From a virus, in IMG/VR virus record IMGVR_UViG_3300042090_002485, positions 123,863-187,862 of that record: DNA of 64,000 nt; one strand, 5' to 3'. The notes beneath the pieces are model-generated. The model saw only the letters and a list, made by a program, of their open reading frames with translations. It searched no databases and was not told the DNA's origin. The position numbers and the translations under genes are program-made. Position 1 is the first letter of the stretch, and each line of letters starts with the position of its first letter. Of the stretch, positions 9,214 through 17,484 are shown one piece after another.

Positions 9214-9728
9214 TGCTCGAGTGGCTGCTGAAGAAGATCACCGCGAGGCTGCCCCACCGCACCATCTGCTCGCCGGATGGTCGGCCGTACCTGACCCGGT
9301 GGTACGTGTGGCCGCCGGGACCGCGCACCCAAGGTGAAGCTGACGAGGCGCATGTCGATGCGCCCTTCGCGGTGTTCCTGCACTTCTTCCACCGCAGCGA
9401 CGAAGATCGTGCATGCCATTCGCATCCGTGGGACAAGAGCGCCGCGATCATCCTGTCGGGCGGCTACGTCGAGGAACGCGTGACCGAGGTCCACCTGGCC
9501 GGCACGCAGCACACGACCGTCGAGACCCGCACCAAGACGTTTCGGCCTGGCGACGTCAACATCATCACCAAGGACGACTACCACCGCGTCGACCTGCTCT
9601 ACCCCGACCGGGGCAGCTGGAGCCTCTTCGTCGCCGGCAAGAACGTCGGCAGCTGGGGCTTTCTCGACGCAACGTCGGGCAAGCATGTCGCGTGGCGGGA
9701 TTACAACAAGACCGGGGACATGAAGTAG
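9213..9728 (+). CDS. cupin-superfamily protein
   Basis: FLHFFHRSDEDRACHSHPW...LSGGYVE...PGD...HRV...WGF. Confidence 0.75.
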   Translation: MLEWLLKKITARLPHRTICSPDGRPYLTRWYVWPPGPRTQGEADEAHVDAPFAVFLHFFHRSDEDRACHSHPWDKSAAIILSGGYVEERVTEVHLAGTQHTTVETRTKTFRPGDVNIITKDDYHRVDLLYPDRGSWSLFVAGKNVGSWGFLDATSGKHVAWRDYNKTGDMK

Positions 9729-9761
9729 CTCGCGCCCCATATGGGCGCCTAGGAGGTGCCC

Positions 9762-10175
9762 ATGAAAAAGAACACGTTCGACGAGATGGTCGAGCGCATC
9801 GCTGCAGCGACCGCAAAGCTTCGCCAAGCGCAGAAACTCTGGGACGAGGCCCGGCGCGAACTGGTGCTCGCTGTAGTCGGGGAAGACGTCAACGACGCCC
9901 CCAAGCCTGCGAAGAAGCCTGCGAAGAAGCCGACGAAGAAGCCCCCAACGCCGGTCGATTTCGCAGTCGATTCGCCGCCGCGCCTCGCCGCGCTCGACCA
10001 GCGCATCCTCACGTCCATCAAGGACAAGGGCCCGCTGAGTACAGCCGTCGTGATGGCGCTACACAAGATCGAGAGCCCGGTCGCGCACAAGGCGCTTCAG
10101 CGTCTGCTCGCGCGCGAACTCATCACCGCGACGGGCAACACCGTCAACCGCAAGTGGAAGGTCCAAAGTAAATGA
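9762..10175 (+). CDS. probable winged-helix DNA-binding protein with PAKK repeats
   Basis: AGGAGG SD; KPAKKPAKKPTKK linker; C-terminal wHTH-like segment. Confidence 0.65.
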   Translation: MKKNTFDEMVERIAAATAKLRQAQKLWDEARRELVLAVVGEDVNDAPKPAKKPAKKPTKKPPTPVDFAVDSPPRLAALDQRILTSIKDKGPLSTAVVMALHKIESPVAHKALQRLLARELITATGNTVNRKWKVQSK

Positions 10176-10519
10176 AACTCAGGCTCGTCAAGACCTGCTC
10201 GTTCCAGAAGAGCGAGCTGAACAACTTCCTCGACGTCGTCCGGGAGCGCCCTGAGCTGGGATCGAAGGACAGCAAGTACCGCCTGCAGCGCGAAGACGTC
10301 GTGCTGCTGGTGTCGAAGATGGAGAACCAGCTCGTCTTCCTGCACGGCTTCGACTTCACTGGCGGCACGCAGGTGCTGCGCAGCACGCGCTTTCGCATTT
10401 CAAACAGCAAGGCGCGCTGGAACCCGCTTTTACTCGCGAACTACGCGCGGACCGTCGGCATCCAGCTGAGCGGCCTGCAGGCGTACGAAGACCACATCAA
10501 GAGGGAACAGAAGCGATGA
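10172..10519 (+). CDS. hypothetical protein
   Basis: 115 aa, ATGA overlaps. Confidence 0.7.
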   Translation: MKLRLVKTCSFQKSELNNFLDVVRERPELGSKDSKYRLQREDVVLLVSKMENQLVFLHGFDFTGGTQVLRSTRFRISNSKARWNPLLLANYARTVGIQLSGLQAYEDHIKREQKR

Positions 10520-11298
10520 CGCTCAAGCTCAAGGACGTCCTGCCGCATGACTGCTGGCGGTTCCTGCCAAACCACATGGCACCGGACCTCAAGTCAACGG
10601 TCAACTACAACGATGACCTACAGGAAGAAGAGCCCAAGGATAAGCCCAAGGTCTGGAATGACTTCGCCTGGAAAGAAAACGACAAGTCGCAGTTCTGGGA
10701 AGACAACTGCGAGCGCCCGATCGAGCTGCTCGAACACTACTCGACGCACCCAGAGCCAACACTGCTGAACCTGCTGCGCCGTGACCTCAAGGTCGGCGAC
10801 TGCTTCAAGTACCTCGAGGACTACGATACCTATGCCGACGTCATGCCCTACGTCGTCGTTGGTCCTGGCGAAAAGGAGCTGCCCGAGGGCTGGTTCAAGA
10901 GCGGCGACAAAAACAACCTGTACCGCGGCCACGAACATGTGCGACTGGTCCGGCGTCTGGACGGGACGTACCCGAAGCGCAGAGCCGCACCGAAGATCGA
11001 GCCGATCATCCTGCCGTGTATCAGCCCGCTCGATGAGATCCTGCGCAAGACGCTCGGCAAGGGCAAGGACGTCGTGACGGGCGCCGAGTGCCTGCGGCGC
11101 CTCGAAGGCGCGATGCGCACCGAATCGTTCGGCGGTCTCGACGACGCGCAGTACCGGCTTGGTCTGCAGGTCTGGGAGGCGAAGCTCCGCGAACTGCAGG
11201 CCCAGGCGCGTGCCGCCGAGGCCATCGACCGGGTCAGCCTCGTCTGCGACGACCAGGACGAGCTACCGAACATGGTCTACATTGGCGTCGATGACTAG
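10516..11298 (+). CDS. hypothetical protein
   Basis: 260 aa, GC3-rich codon usage. Confidence 0.75.
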   Translation: MTLKLKDVLPHDCWRFLPNHMAPDLKSTVNYNDDLQEEEPKDKPKVWNDFAWKENDKSQFWEDNCERPIELLEHYSTHPEPTLLNLLRRDLKVGDCFKYLEDYDTYADVMPYVVVGPGEKELPEGWFKSGDKNNLYRGHEHVRLVRRLDGTYPKRRAAPKIEPIILPCISPLDEILRKTLGKGKDVVTGAECLRRLEGAMRTESFGGLDDAQYRLGLQVWEAKLRELQAQARAAEAIDRVSLVCDDQDELPNMVYIGVDD

Positions 11299-11581
11299 AC
11301 GCAAGAAGCGCGTCTGGCGTGTGCGTGTCGATGTCACCCGTGAGGTCGAGGTGTTCGCATCTGACGCCGAAACCGCACAGAAATACGCAGCGGCGCTTGG
11401 CATCTACAAACTCAGACGCAAGACCCGCGAAACACGCATCACTGACTCAGTGATGTGGGTCGACAGGATGAGCGTCGGACACGTTGAGGGCTGCCGCGGC
11501 AAGCACTGCAAGCACTTCAACTGCGACACGGAGACCGACGCGCCGTACTACTGCACCACGTGCGATCCGGGGGCTCAGTGA
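11291..11581 (+). CDS. hypothetical protein
   Basis: C-terminal Cys/His cluster CRGKHCKHFNC...CTTC. Confidence 0.6.
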   Translation: MTRRKKRVWRVRVDVTREVEVFASDAETAQKYAAALGIYKLRRKTRETRITDSVMWVDRMSVGHVEGCRGKHCKHFNCDTETDAPYYCTTCDPGAQ

Positions 11582-11844
11582 CGCTCGCGGAGGTCCTCCA
11601 GCGCATCAAGACGCTGCCTCGAGTCGGTGACAGCGCGATCGTTCTGGACAAGCACGGCGTCGCGCACGTTCTCGTCGTCACCGAGGTGAAGAACCGGGGT
11701 GCTCGCGCCAACGCGCTCAGTGCAGTGCTCGCCGGCGAGGTAACGTTCATGTGCGGATGCGAGGCGATGACCTACGAGTCGAAGCAGATCGAGCATCTCG
11801 AGATCGCGCCCATCATCACGTGCGTGGTGTGCAGGGCGCTGTGA
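11578..11844 (+). CDS. TCxxC-family small Zn-finger-like protein
   Basis: DKHGVAH...CGC...ITCVVC. Confidence 0.8.
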   Translation: MTLAEVLQRIKTLPRVGDSAIVLDKHGVAHVLVVTEVKNRGARANALSAVLAGEVTFMCGCEAMTYESKQIEHLEIAPIITCVVCRAL

Positions 11845-12029
11845 ACAAGCCGAACATCGCCGATGGACATGGTGTCGTGCACCACAACGATGGCACGGAC
11901 CACTTCGGGTGCGGCGCGTGCTGTACACGCATACCGACGACGCGAGCGACCGCCGTTCGCACCACTCGCGAACCTGTCACATGCGTCAAGTGCCTCGCGT
12001 GGGCATTCGACCGAAAGTTGGAATCATGA
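11841..12029 (+). CDS. TCxxC-family small Zn-finger-like protein
   Basis: DGHGVVH...CGAC...VTCVKCLA. Confidence 0.8.
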   Translation: MNKPNIADGHGVVHHNDGTDHFGCGACCTRIPTTRATAVRTTREPVTCVKCLAWAFDRKLES

Positions 12030-12466
12030 CCGAGTTGAAACGAGACCCTGTCAAGCTGGCCCAGATCTCCAAGGAACTGGACCGGCTCTCAGCGATGGTC
12101 GACCGCGTGACCAAGAACGACATCACCAACGCGGCCATGGTCATCCTCGACTGCGCCAACGACATTCAAGACATGTTGCGCGGCAAGCTGCGCGGCTGCA
12201 AGTGCCAGCAGATCGACCGCGACGATGGTGGCAGCTACCTCATCTACAACAACGACTGCGTTCACCATGGCTTCCTCGCACGCGAACGTGAGCGCGTCGA
12301 GAACTGGTTCAAGGACGAGCAGGCCAGGCTCGAGGACTCCCGGCTGTGGAAACTCGTCGAAGCGGCGATGGCTAGGCCAGATCTGGACGCACAGCAGGTG
12401 TGGAATTTTGCAAAGGCGGTTCTCGCCAATGCGCCCGCGGCGCCTGAAAAACGATCCAAGCCATGA
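12026..12466 (+). CDS. hypothetical protein
   Basis: 146 aa, ATGA overlap. Confidence 0.7.
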   Translation: MTELKRDPVKLAQISKELDRLSAMVDRVTKNDITNAAMVILDCANDIQDMLRGKLRGCKCQQIDRDDGGSYLIYNNDCVHHGFLARERERVENWFKDEQARLEDSRLWKLVEAAMARPDLDAQQVWNFAKAVLANAPAAPEKRSKP

Positions 12467-12619
12467 GTTCTGTGAGCTGGAGTTCGGCGTGCATCCGCAA
12501 GCCAGCGGCGCGGTAAAGCGCCGCCATGCAGCAGGCGGTTCTTGGCGTCAAGTCCAGGTACGCTGCATCCATGACGGTGCGCGCAGTGCGAACGCCGAGC
12601 CAGCAGTCGAAAGTGAGGT

Positions 12620-12874
12620 TTGATGGGTTTACACGATAAACACAGAGCGCAGGTGCCACGTCGCGCAGGCGCGCTCGTCGACCCATCGGGCGTTGTCCAT
12701 GACCGAATCCACGTCGATTCCGCCAGCACGCCAGAATTTCACGTCACGCGATGCGAAGACAGCGGACGAGGATTCATCGAAGCCGAGTGGTCAAACGAGG
12801 ACCTTCGCCCCGCACCACGCTGGACCGCGACGACGTGTGTAGCGTGCTTGGCCGCGAGGAGGCGCGATGCCTAG
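12620..12874 (+). CDS. TCxxC-family small Zn-finger-like protein
   Basis: DPSGVVH...RC...TTCVACLA. Confidence 0.8.
   Translation: MMGLHDKHRAQVPRRAGALVDPSGVVHDRIHVDSASTPEFHVTRCEDSGRGFIEAEWSNEDLRPAPRWTATTCVACLAARRRDA
12627..12641. promoter_or_regulatory. palindromic motif GTTTA-N5-TAAAC, copy 1
   Basis: GTTTACACGATAAAC; second copy at 13803-13817. Confidence 0.35.
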
Positions 12875-13058
12875 AGAAAAGGCGTGCAATTTTACAGGGC
12901 CTGACGTCTTGATTCACGCAGCGTGGCCTTACAACGGCACGAACACAACGCTCTGCGAGTACATGAACTCCGACTACCGGTTCTCTTCAGAGAGCCTGCG
13001 TGCAACCAGCACCCCGGTCAACTGCGTGCGGTGCATCGCGGCGGAAGTTGATGTCTAG
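12867..13058 (+). CDS. TCxxC-family small Zn-finger-like protein
   Basis: PDVLIH...LC...VNCVRCIA. Confidence 0.8.
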   Translation: MPREKACNFTGPDVLIHAAWPYNGTNTTLCEYMNSDYRFSSESLRATSTPVNCVRCIAAEVDV

Positions 13059-13260
13059 GCGTTACCGTCATCGCGACGGCATCGTTCACCTCGCAGCCGA
13101 CCTCGGCACCAAAACACACATCACGGTGTGCGAACGCGTCTACGACAAGGATGTCTTCATCAGCGAGGACCTGGCCGAAGTCGACGCGATTGTGACGTGC
13201 GCGCGGTGCCTCGGTGCGCCGCAACACATGCACGTCTTGCACGGGCACGGGCCAGCATGA
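13051..13260 (+). CDS. TCxxC-family small Zn-finger-like protein
   Basis: RDGIVH...VC...VTCARCL. Confidence 0.8.
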   Translation: MSRRYRHRDGIVHLAADLGTKTHITVCERVYDKDVFISEDLAEVDAIVTCARCLGAPQHMHVLHGHGPA

Positions 13261-13469
13261 AGTGGCGCTTCTGGCGCGGGTCCAATGGCGTCACGCACGA
13301 AACCTTCGGCATAGCCGGCCGCCGATCTATGACGCTGTGTGAGAACGTCGAGATGCGGATGTTGTACGACGCCGACACGCTCAAGCGTGGCAAGAAGCCC
13401 GTGACGTGCGTGATCTGCGTCGCTGAGGGCATCCGACGAAAGGCAAGGCGCGCCCATGAGCTGGCGTGA
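13257..13469 (+). CDS. TCxxC-family small Zn-finger-like protein
   Basis: SNGVTH...LC...VTCVICVA. Confidence 0.8.
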   Translation: MKWRFWRGSNGVTHETFGIAGRRSMTLCENVEMRMLYDADTLKRGKKPVTCVICVAEGIRRKARRAHELA

Positions 13470-13662
13470 CCCGACGGGCGTCGCCCACGAGACGGGCGGA
13501 AGCCACGGGGCCGCTTCGCTGATGCTATGCGAAGCGTCGAACGTCGCAACGATGTGGCCTTCAAACGCCCTGAAGGAACACGAGGGACCTACGACGTGCG
13601 TACGGTGTCTCGCGGAGCTGGCGCGGCTGCAGTCGCAGCATCCACGCTACGGTCGCCCCTGA
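13456..13662 (+). CDS. TCxxC-family small Zn-finger-like protein
   Basis: WRDPTGVAH...LC...TTCVRCLA. Confidence 0.8.
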   Translation: MSWRDPTGVAHETGGSHGAASLMLCEASNVATMWPSNALKEHEGPTTCVRCLAELARLQSQHPRYGRP

Positions 13663-13802
13663 GCACCAACGCGCCGATCAGCTCCACAAACCACTGCCCT
13701 GCGTCGCTGTTGCGCTTTGCCGCGAGCGACAGCCCGACCATCAGCGCCAGCGCCCGAGGGCACTGGTCGCGGGAGAACATGGAGTACTCGCGGCGGCACA
13801 TG

Positions 13803-13817
13803 GTTTACCTGATAAAC
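13803..13817. promoter_or_regulatory. palindromic motif GTTTA-N5-TAAAC, copy 2
   Basis: GTTTACCTGATAAAC upstream of 13840. Confidence 0.35.
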
Positions 13818-13839
13818 GGCGCACGGAGGTTACGCGATT

Positions 13840-14064
13840 ATGCTGCATGAGATGGGGCACCGCGTCAACGACAAAGAGGTGGTCGCGCACTGTTCGCTCG
13901 ACGACCTGGCGCACCGGTTCACCCAAATTGTCGAGGTCTCAATATGGCGTTCCTGGTGCGGGGCTCACACCGTGTTGGCCTGGGGATACCTGCCGTTTAC
14001 CCGCCTCGACGAGCCGGCGACAGCGACGTGTGTGCGGTGTCAGGCACGCGGCGGACCGCCGTGA
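13840..14064 (+). CDS. TCxxC-family small Zn-finger-like protein
   Basis: DDLAH...WCG...ATCVRC. Confidence 0.75.
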   Translation: MLHEMGHRVNDKEVVAHCSLDDLAHRFTQIVEVSIWRSWCGAHTVLAWGYLPFTRLDEPATATCVRCQARGGPP

Positions 14065-14270
14065 ACGTCGTCTTCAACTACCTCATCCACGAGGTGTCCC
14101 GGACCGAAACGCATTCTCGGTTCGGTCTGACGTTCTGCGGTTACGCATTCACGCTCGAGTTCTCAACCGGACGCACGTTCCTGCATGTGTTCAGCGCTGA
14201 CGTGACACGCGCCCCGGTCAACTGCGCTGCCTGCATCGGTCTTGCTGACGAAAGGGACCCCACCACATGA
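14061..14270 (+). CDS. TCxxC-family small Zn-finger-like protein
   Basis: YLIH...FCG...VNCAACI. Confidence 0.75.
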   Translation: MNVVFNYLIHEVSRTETHSRFGLTFCGYAFTLEFSTGRTFLHVFSADVTRAPVNCAACIGLADERDPTT

Positions 14271-14815
14271 TCTTCAAGGCGACCCGTGGCCAGCTCTGGC
14301 ACGTAGTCCACGAGACTCGCACCGCCAACTTCAAAGACGTGACGTACGTGCTGTGCCGCTCAGAGTACCTCGGCGCGGGCATGCGCAAGCGAGGGTCGGT
14401 CACATCAACGTCCGCTGCGTGCTCCGTCTGTCTCAAGATCGATAACCCGATGACGTTGTCGACGGCAGCTCGCGCGGCCCTCGAAGAGTCCGCGACCGTC
14501 AGGCCAGATGGCCTAGGCCTGCGCAACAGCCGCGGCTACCGCGAGCTGCAGACCGCTGACCTCGTGGACGGGGACGAGGAACTGACCGCTCGTGGCCGTG
14601 TACTCGCACAGGACTTCACGGAGGGCCCGTCGCCCATGCCGGATGAACACGGTGTGGTGCACAAGCGAGACCCGTTCCAGTACAAGGCTCGGTGCGACGG
14701 CACGCCTCTCCAACCGTTCCGCGGTGTAGTGACGCTGGACACCTATGTCAAGCTCCGGCAGGTCTACGCTGGGACTGTCGTGACGTGCGTGGCGTGCCTG
14801 TCCCTCAACCCATAG
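14267..14815 (+). CDS. TCxxC-family protein with two modules
   Basis: LWH..LC..AACSVCL then DEHGVVH..RC..VTCVACL. Confidence 0.75.
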   Translation: MIFKATRGQLWHVVHETRTANFKDVTYVLCRSEYLGAGMRKRGSVTSTSAACSVCLKIDNPMTLSTAARAALEESATVRPDGLGLRNSRGYRELQTADLVDGDEELTARGRVLAQDFTEGPSPMPDEHGVVHKRDPFQYKARCDGTPLQPFRGVVTLDTYVKLRQVYAGTVVTCVACLSLNP

Positions 14816-14859
14816 GAGAACTTCCATGGCCAACAAATCGCTTTCAGGAGAGGCCCGAC

Positions 14860-15270
14860 ATGTCGAAGTTCATCGTCCAGCACGTGGACACGCAGGATCG
14901 CTACGCCTACTTCGAGGTCGACGACTCTGTCGCGTTCCTTGTGCAGCGTGTGCTCGACGGCGTTATCAAGCCCAAGCACGTGCTTGAAGCGCGTGTCTGG
15001 GAGGTGCTCCTGTGCGTGACACCGAGCCAGCAAGCCGTCGAGCAGCTCGTCGCACAGGAGCGTCGCATCGCGCTGGCCCCGCGGTCTCCCACAACGATCG
15101 CACGAGACTACAAGAAGAAGCGAATTTCTGACACAGAACTCGAGCAACTTCGCGGAGCGTTAATCGCACGAGCGACGACCGACGACGAACGCGAGAAATA
15201 CGCGGCACCGTGGCCGCACAACACGGCCGACCCCGAGCCCAAGGACGAAGATCCAGGAGTGTCGATATGA
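14860..15270 (+). CDS. hypothetical protein
   Basis: AGGAGAGG SD, 136 aa. Confidence 0.65.
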   Translation: MSKFIVQHVDTQDRYAYFEVDDSVAFLVQRVLDGVIKPKHVLEARVWEVLLCVTPSQQAVEQLVAQERRIALAPRSPTTIARDYKKKRISDTELEQLRGALIARATTDDEREKYAAPWPHNTADPEPKDEDPGVSI

Positions 15271-15376
15271 TAAACATCATGCGCTGGACGCTGAAGATTC
15301 TCGGGTTCCTGGTCAAGGTCCGCGCTCATGTGCGTGCCGGCGGAACCGTGCCCGTGATGGCGTACTGGAGAAGCAC

Positions 15377-15610
15377 GTGAAAGGCAGCGCACCGTGCGAA
15401 GGCTCGCCGGTTCGTGACCACGCTCGCGATGATGGCGTCGTACATCGCTCGATGCGGGACCAGAGCCAGTACCGCCCGCACGAAGCCTACGTGCCGTGCA
15501 TGGGCTGGCGCAAAGCACGCGAGCTGCTGTGGGTCGACAAAGAAGCGCCTATCACGTGCGCAGCGTGCATCGGGACCGTTGTCACGAACATGCCGATGAG
15601 GCCGCGATGA
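15377..15610 (+). CDS. TCxxC-family small Zn-finger-like protein
   Basis: DDGVVH...PC...ITCAACI. Confidence 0.8.
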   Translation: MKGSAPCEGSPVRDHARDDGVVHRSMRDQSQYRPHEAYVPCMGWRKARELLWVDKEAPITCAACIGTVVTNMPMRPR

Positions 15611-15825
15611 CGATGCTCGAGGTGCTGCCGATCATCTTCGGCGACAAAATCGCGCACCGAGCACTTCGCAACAACACGACGCCCCACGACACACGAGTTT
15701 GGATTCCGTGTGCAGGCTGGCGTATCCCGCACGGGTACCAACGGCTTGCCGCTGGTACGCCGGTCACGTGCGTGCTGTGCCTGGCAGCTGACGAGCGCGG
15801 AGCATTACGACGAGAGGGACCATGA
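15607..15825 (+). CDS. TCxxC-family small Zn-finger-like protein
   Basis: GDKIAH...PC...VTCVLCLA. Confidence 0.8.
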   Translation: MTMLEVLPIIFGDKIAHRALRNNTTPHDTRVWIPCAGWRIPHGYQRLAAGTPVTCVLCLAADERGALRREGP

Positions 15826-17078
15826 TCTTCAACGACAGCGACAGAGTGAACGCCCAGCGCATCTTCGAAAACATCGCGGCGCGCACCGCCGATCCCCAAG
15901 GCGGCATTGACCGCGCGTCCTATGGGCGCGGCGAGACGCGTGCGCTCGCGGAACTGTTGATGGAAGCGAACAAGCTCGGCGTCTACGCCGGCACCGACCA
16001 CGCTGACAACCTGGTGATGTCGCTCGAGCAGTCGCTCGCAGTGACGCGCGACAAGGTCACCGTGATCGGGTCGCACCTCGACTCGGTGCCGCGCGGCGGG
16101 AACTACGACGGCCTCGCTGGCGTCGTCGCGGCGTTGCTCATCCTCGGCAAGGCGCGCGAGCGCGGCGTGACGAAGCCGCTCCGCGGCGTCGGCCTGCGCG
16201 GCGAGGAGTCAGCATGGTTCGGCGTGCCGCACCTAGGCGCCAAGGCGATGCTTGGCAAGCTCAGCCTGGCGGACCTCGCGCTGATCCGCCGTGGAGACCC
16301 CGAAGCAACGCTGGCGCGCTGCATGGGTTCGTGTGGCGCCGAGATCGGCAAGGTCGAGAGCGGCTATCGCTCGTTCGAGCCGGCGTCGATCGAGGAGTAC
16401 TGGGAGCTGCACATCGAACAGGGCCCGGTACTGGCGGAGCGTCAGATTCCGGTTGGCATCGTCACCAACATCCGCGGCCACGCCCGCACGACGACGGCGC
16501 GGGTCATCGGCGAAGCCGCGCACTCTGGTACGACGCCGATGGGGAACCGCAAGGACGCGGTGCGCCGGTTCTGTGCGCTCGTAACGATGCTTGCGCAAAC
16601 ACGCAAGCGCATGGCCGTTCGTGATGTCGACATCGTCTTCACTATCGGTACGGTCAACACCGACCCAGCCCGGCATTCGGTGACGACCGTCGCTGATGAA
16701 GTGAAGTTCTCGCTGGACGTACGCAGCGTTGACCCGACGGTTCCTCAGCTCTTCCTCGAACAAGCGAAAGAGCATGGGATGGACACGGACGGCGAAGCGT
16801 GGCTCGATCTAGGATCGGTGCGCTACACCGCGCCGATCTCGCTGAGTCGGCGCCTGATGACGCGCGCGTCGATGGCAGCGCACAGCCTAGGCATTGTTCC
16901 GATGGAACTACCCAGTGGCGCCGGTCACGATGCAGGCGTGTTTGCCGACGCCGGCGTGCCGACTGGCATGATCTTCGTGCGCAACTACCACGGATCGCAC
17001 AACCCGCAGGAAGAAATGCACATGGATGACTTCATGCGCGGCCTGGAAGTGCTGTGGGCTACGGTAATAGGTTCGTAG
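15822..17078 (+). CDS. Zn-dependent M20-family amidohydrolase (N-carbamoyl-L-amino-acid/allantoate amidohydrolase type)
   Basis: GSHLDSVPRGGNYDG, GEES, ELHIEQGPVL, HSGTTPM, SGAGHDA, SHNPQE. Confidence 0.92.
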   Translation: MIFNDSDRVNAQRIFENIAARTADPQGGIDRASYGRGETRALAELLMEANKLGVYAGTDHADNLVMSLEQSLAVTRDKVTVIGSHLDSVPRGGNYDGLAGVVAALLILGKARERGVTKPLRGVGLRGEESAWFGVPHLGAKAMLGKLSLADLALIRRGDPEATLARCMGSCGAEIGKVESGYRSFEPASIEEYWELHIEQGPVLAERQIPVGIVTNIRGHARTTTARVIGEAAHSGTTPMGNRKDAVRRFCALVTMLAQTRKRMAVRDVDIVFTIGTVNTDPARHSVTTVADEVKFSLDVRSVDPTVPQLFLEQAKEHGMDTDGEAWLDLGSVRYTAPISLSRRLMTRASMAAHSLGIVPMELPSGAGHDAGVFADAGVPTGMIFVRNYHGSHNPQEEMHMDDFMRGLEVLWATVIGS

Positions 17079-17293
17079 CGCGCAGCGGCACGCGCACGCG
17101 CAAGTACCGCCAAGACCCACTCGTGCACCACGTCATAGAGCACCTGACGCGCGGCGAGAAGAACTTGTTCATCGTCTGCACTGGACATTGGGTCGGTCGC
17201 ACACAAATCAACCTGACGGACGAACCCATCATGTGCGTGCGGTGCTTGGCGTCGATTCAAACGTACCAACGACAGTACCCAAAGGGCCTATGA
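17054..17293 (+). CDS. TCxxC-family small Zn-finger-like protein
   Basis: DPLVH...VC...IMCVRCLA. Confidence 0.7.
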   Translation: MGYGNRFVARSGTRTRKYRQDPLVHHVIEHLTRGEKNLFIVCTGHWVGRTQINLTDEPIMCVRCLASIQTYQRQYPKGL

Positions 17294-17406
17294 CCATCGA
17301 CGACATCATCGAGTTCGTGCACAGCGACAAGCCATTCACCCCAGAGATCGTCGCGGCCGCCGCGGCCATGCTCAACGAACCGGAGAACTCGCGCGCGCGA
17401 TCGTGA
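17290..17406 (+). CDS. very small hypothetical protein
   Basis: ATGA overlap; MTIDDIIEFVHSDKPF...; 38 aa. Confidence 0.4.
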   Translation: MTIDDIIEFVHSDKPFTPEIVAAAAAMLNEPENSRARS

Positions 17407-17422
17407 TGCGGCGTAGGCCGCG

Positions 17423-17451
17423 TTGACGAGCCCTCAACCTTAGCCTATGTT
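17423..17451 (+). promoter_or_regulatory. sigma70-type promoter
   Basis: TTGACG-N17-TATGTT upstream of 17485, preceded by hairpin GCGGC-GTAG-GCCGC. Confidence 0.6.
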
Positions 17452-17484
17452 GGCCCCATAAACCTCTGCCTGAGGAACCACCAC

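Noticed and set aside
12463-12620. Relic TCxxC gene (GVH...CAQC fragments)
   Set aside because: Fragments are in different frames with stops; the antisense reading explains the gap at least as well.
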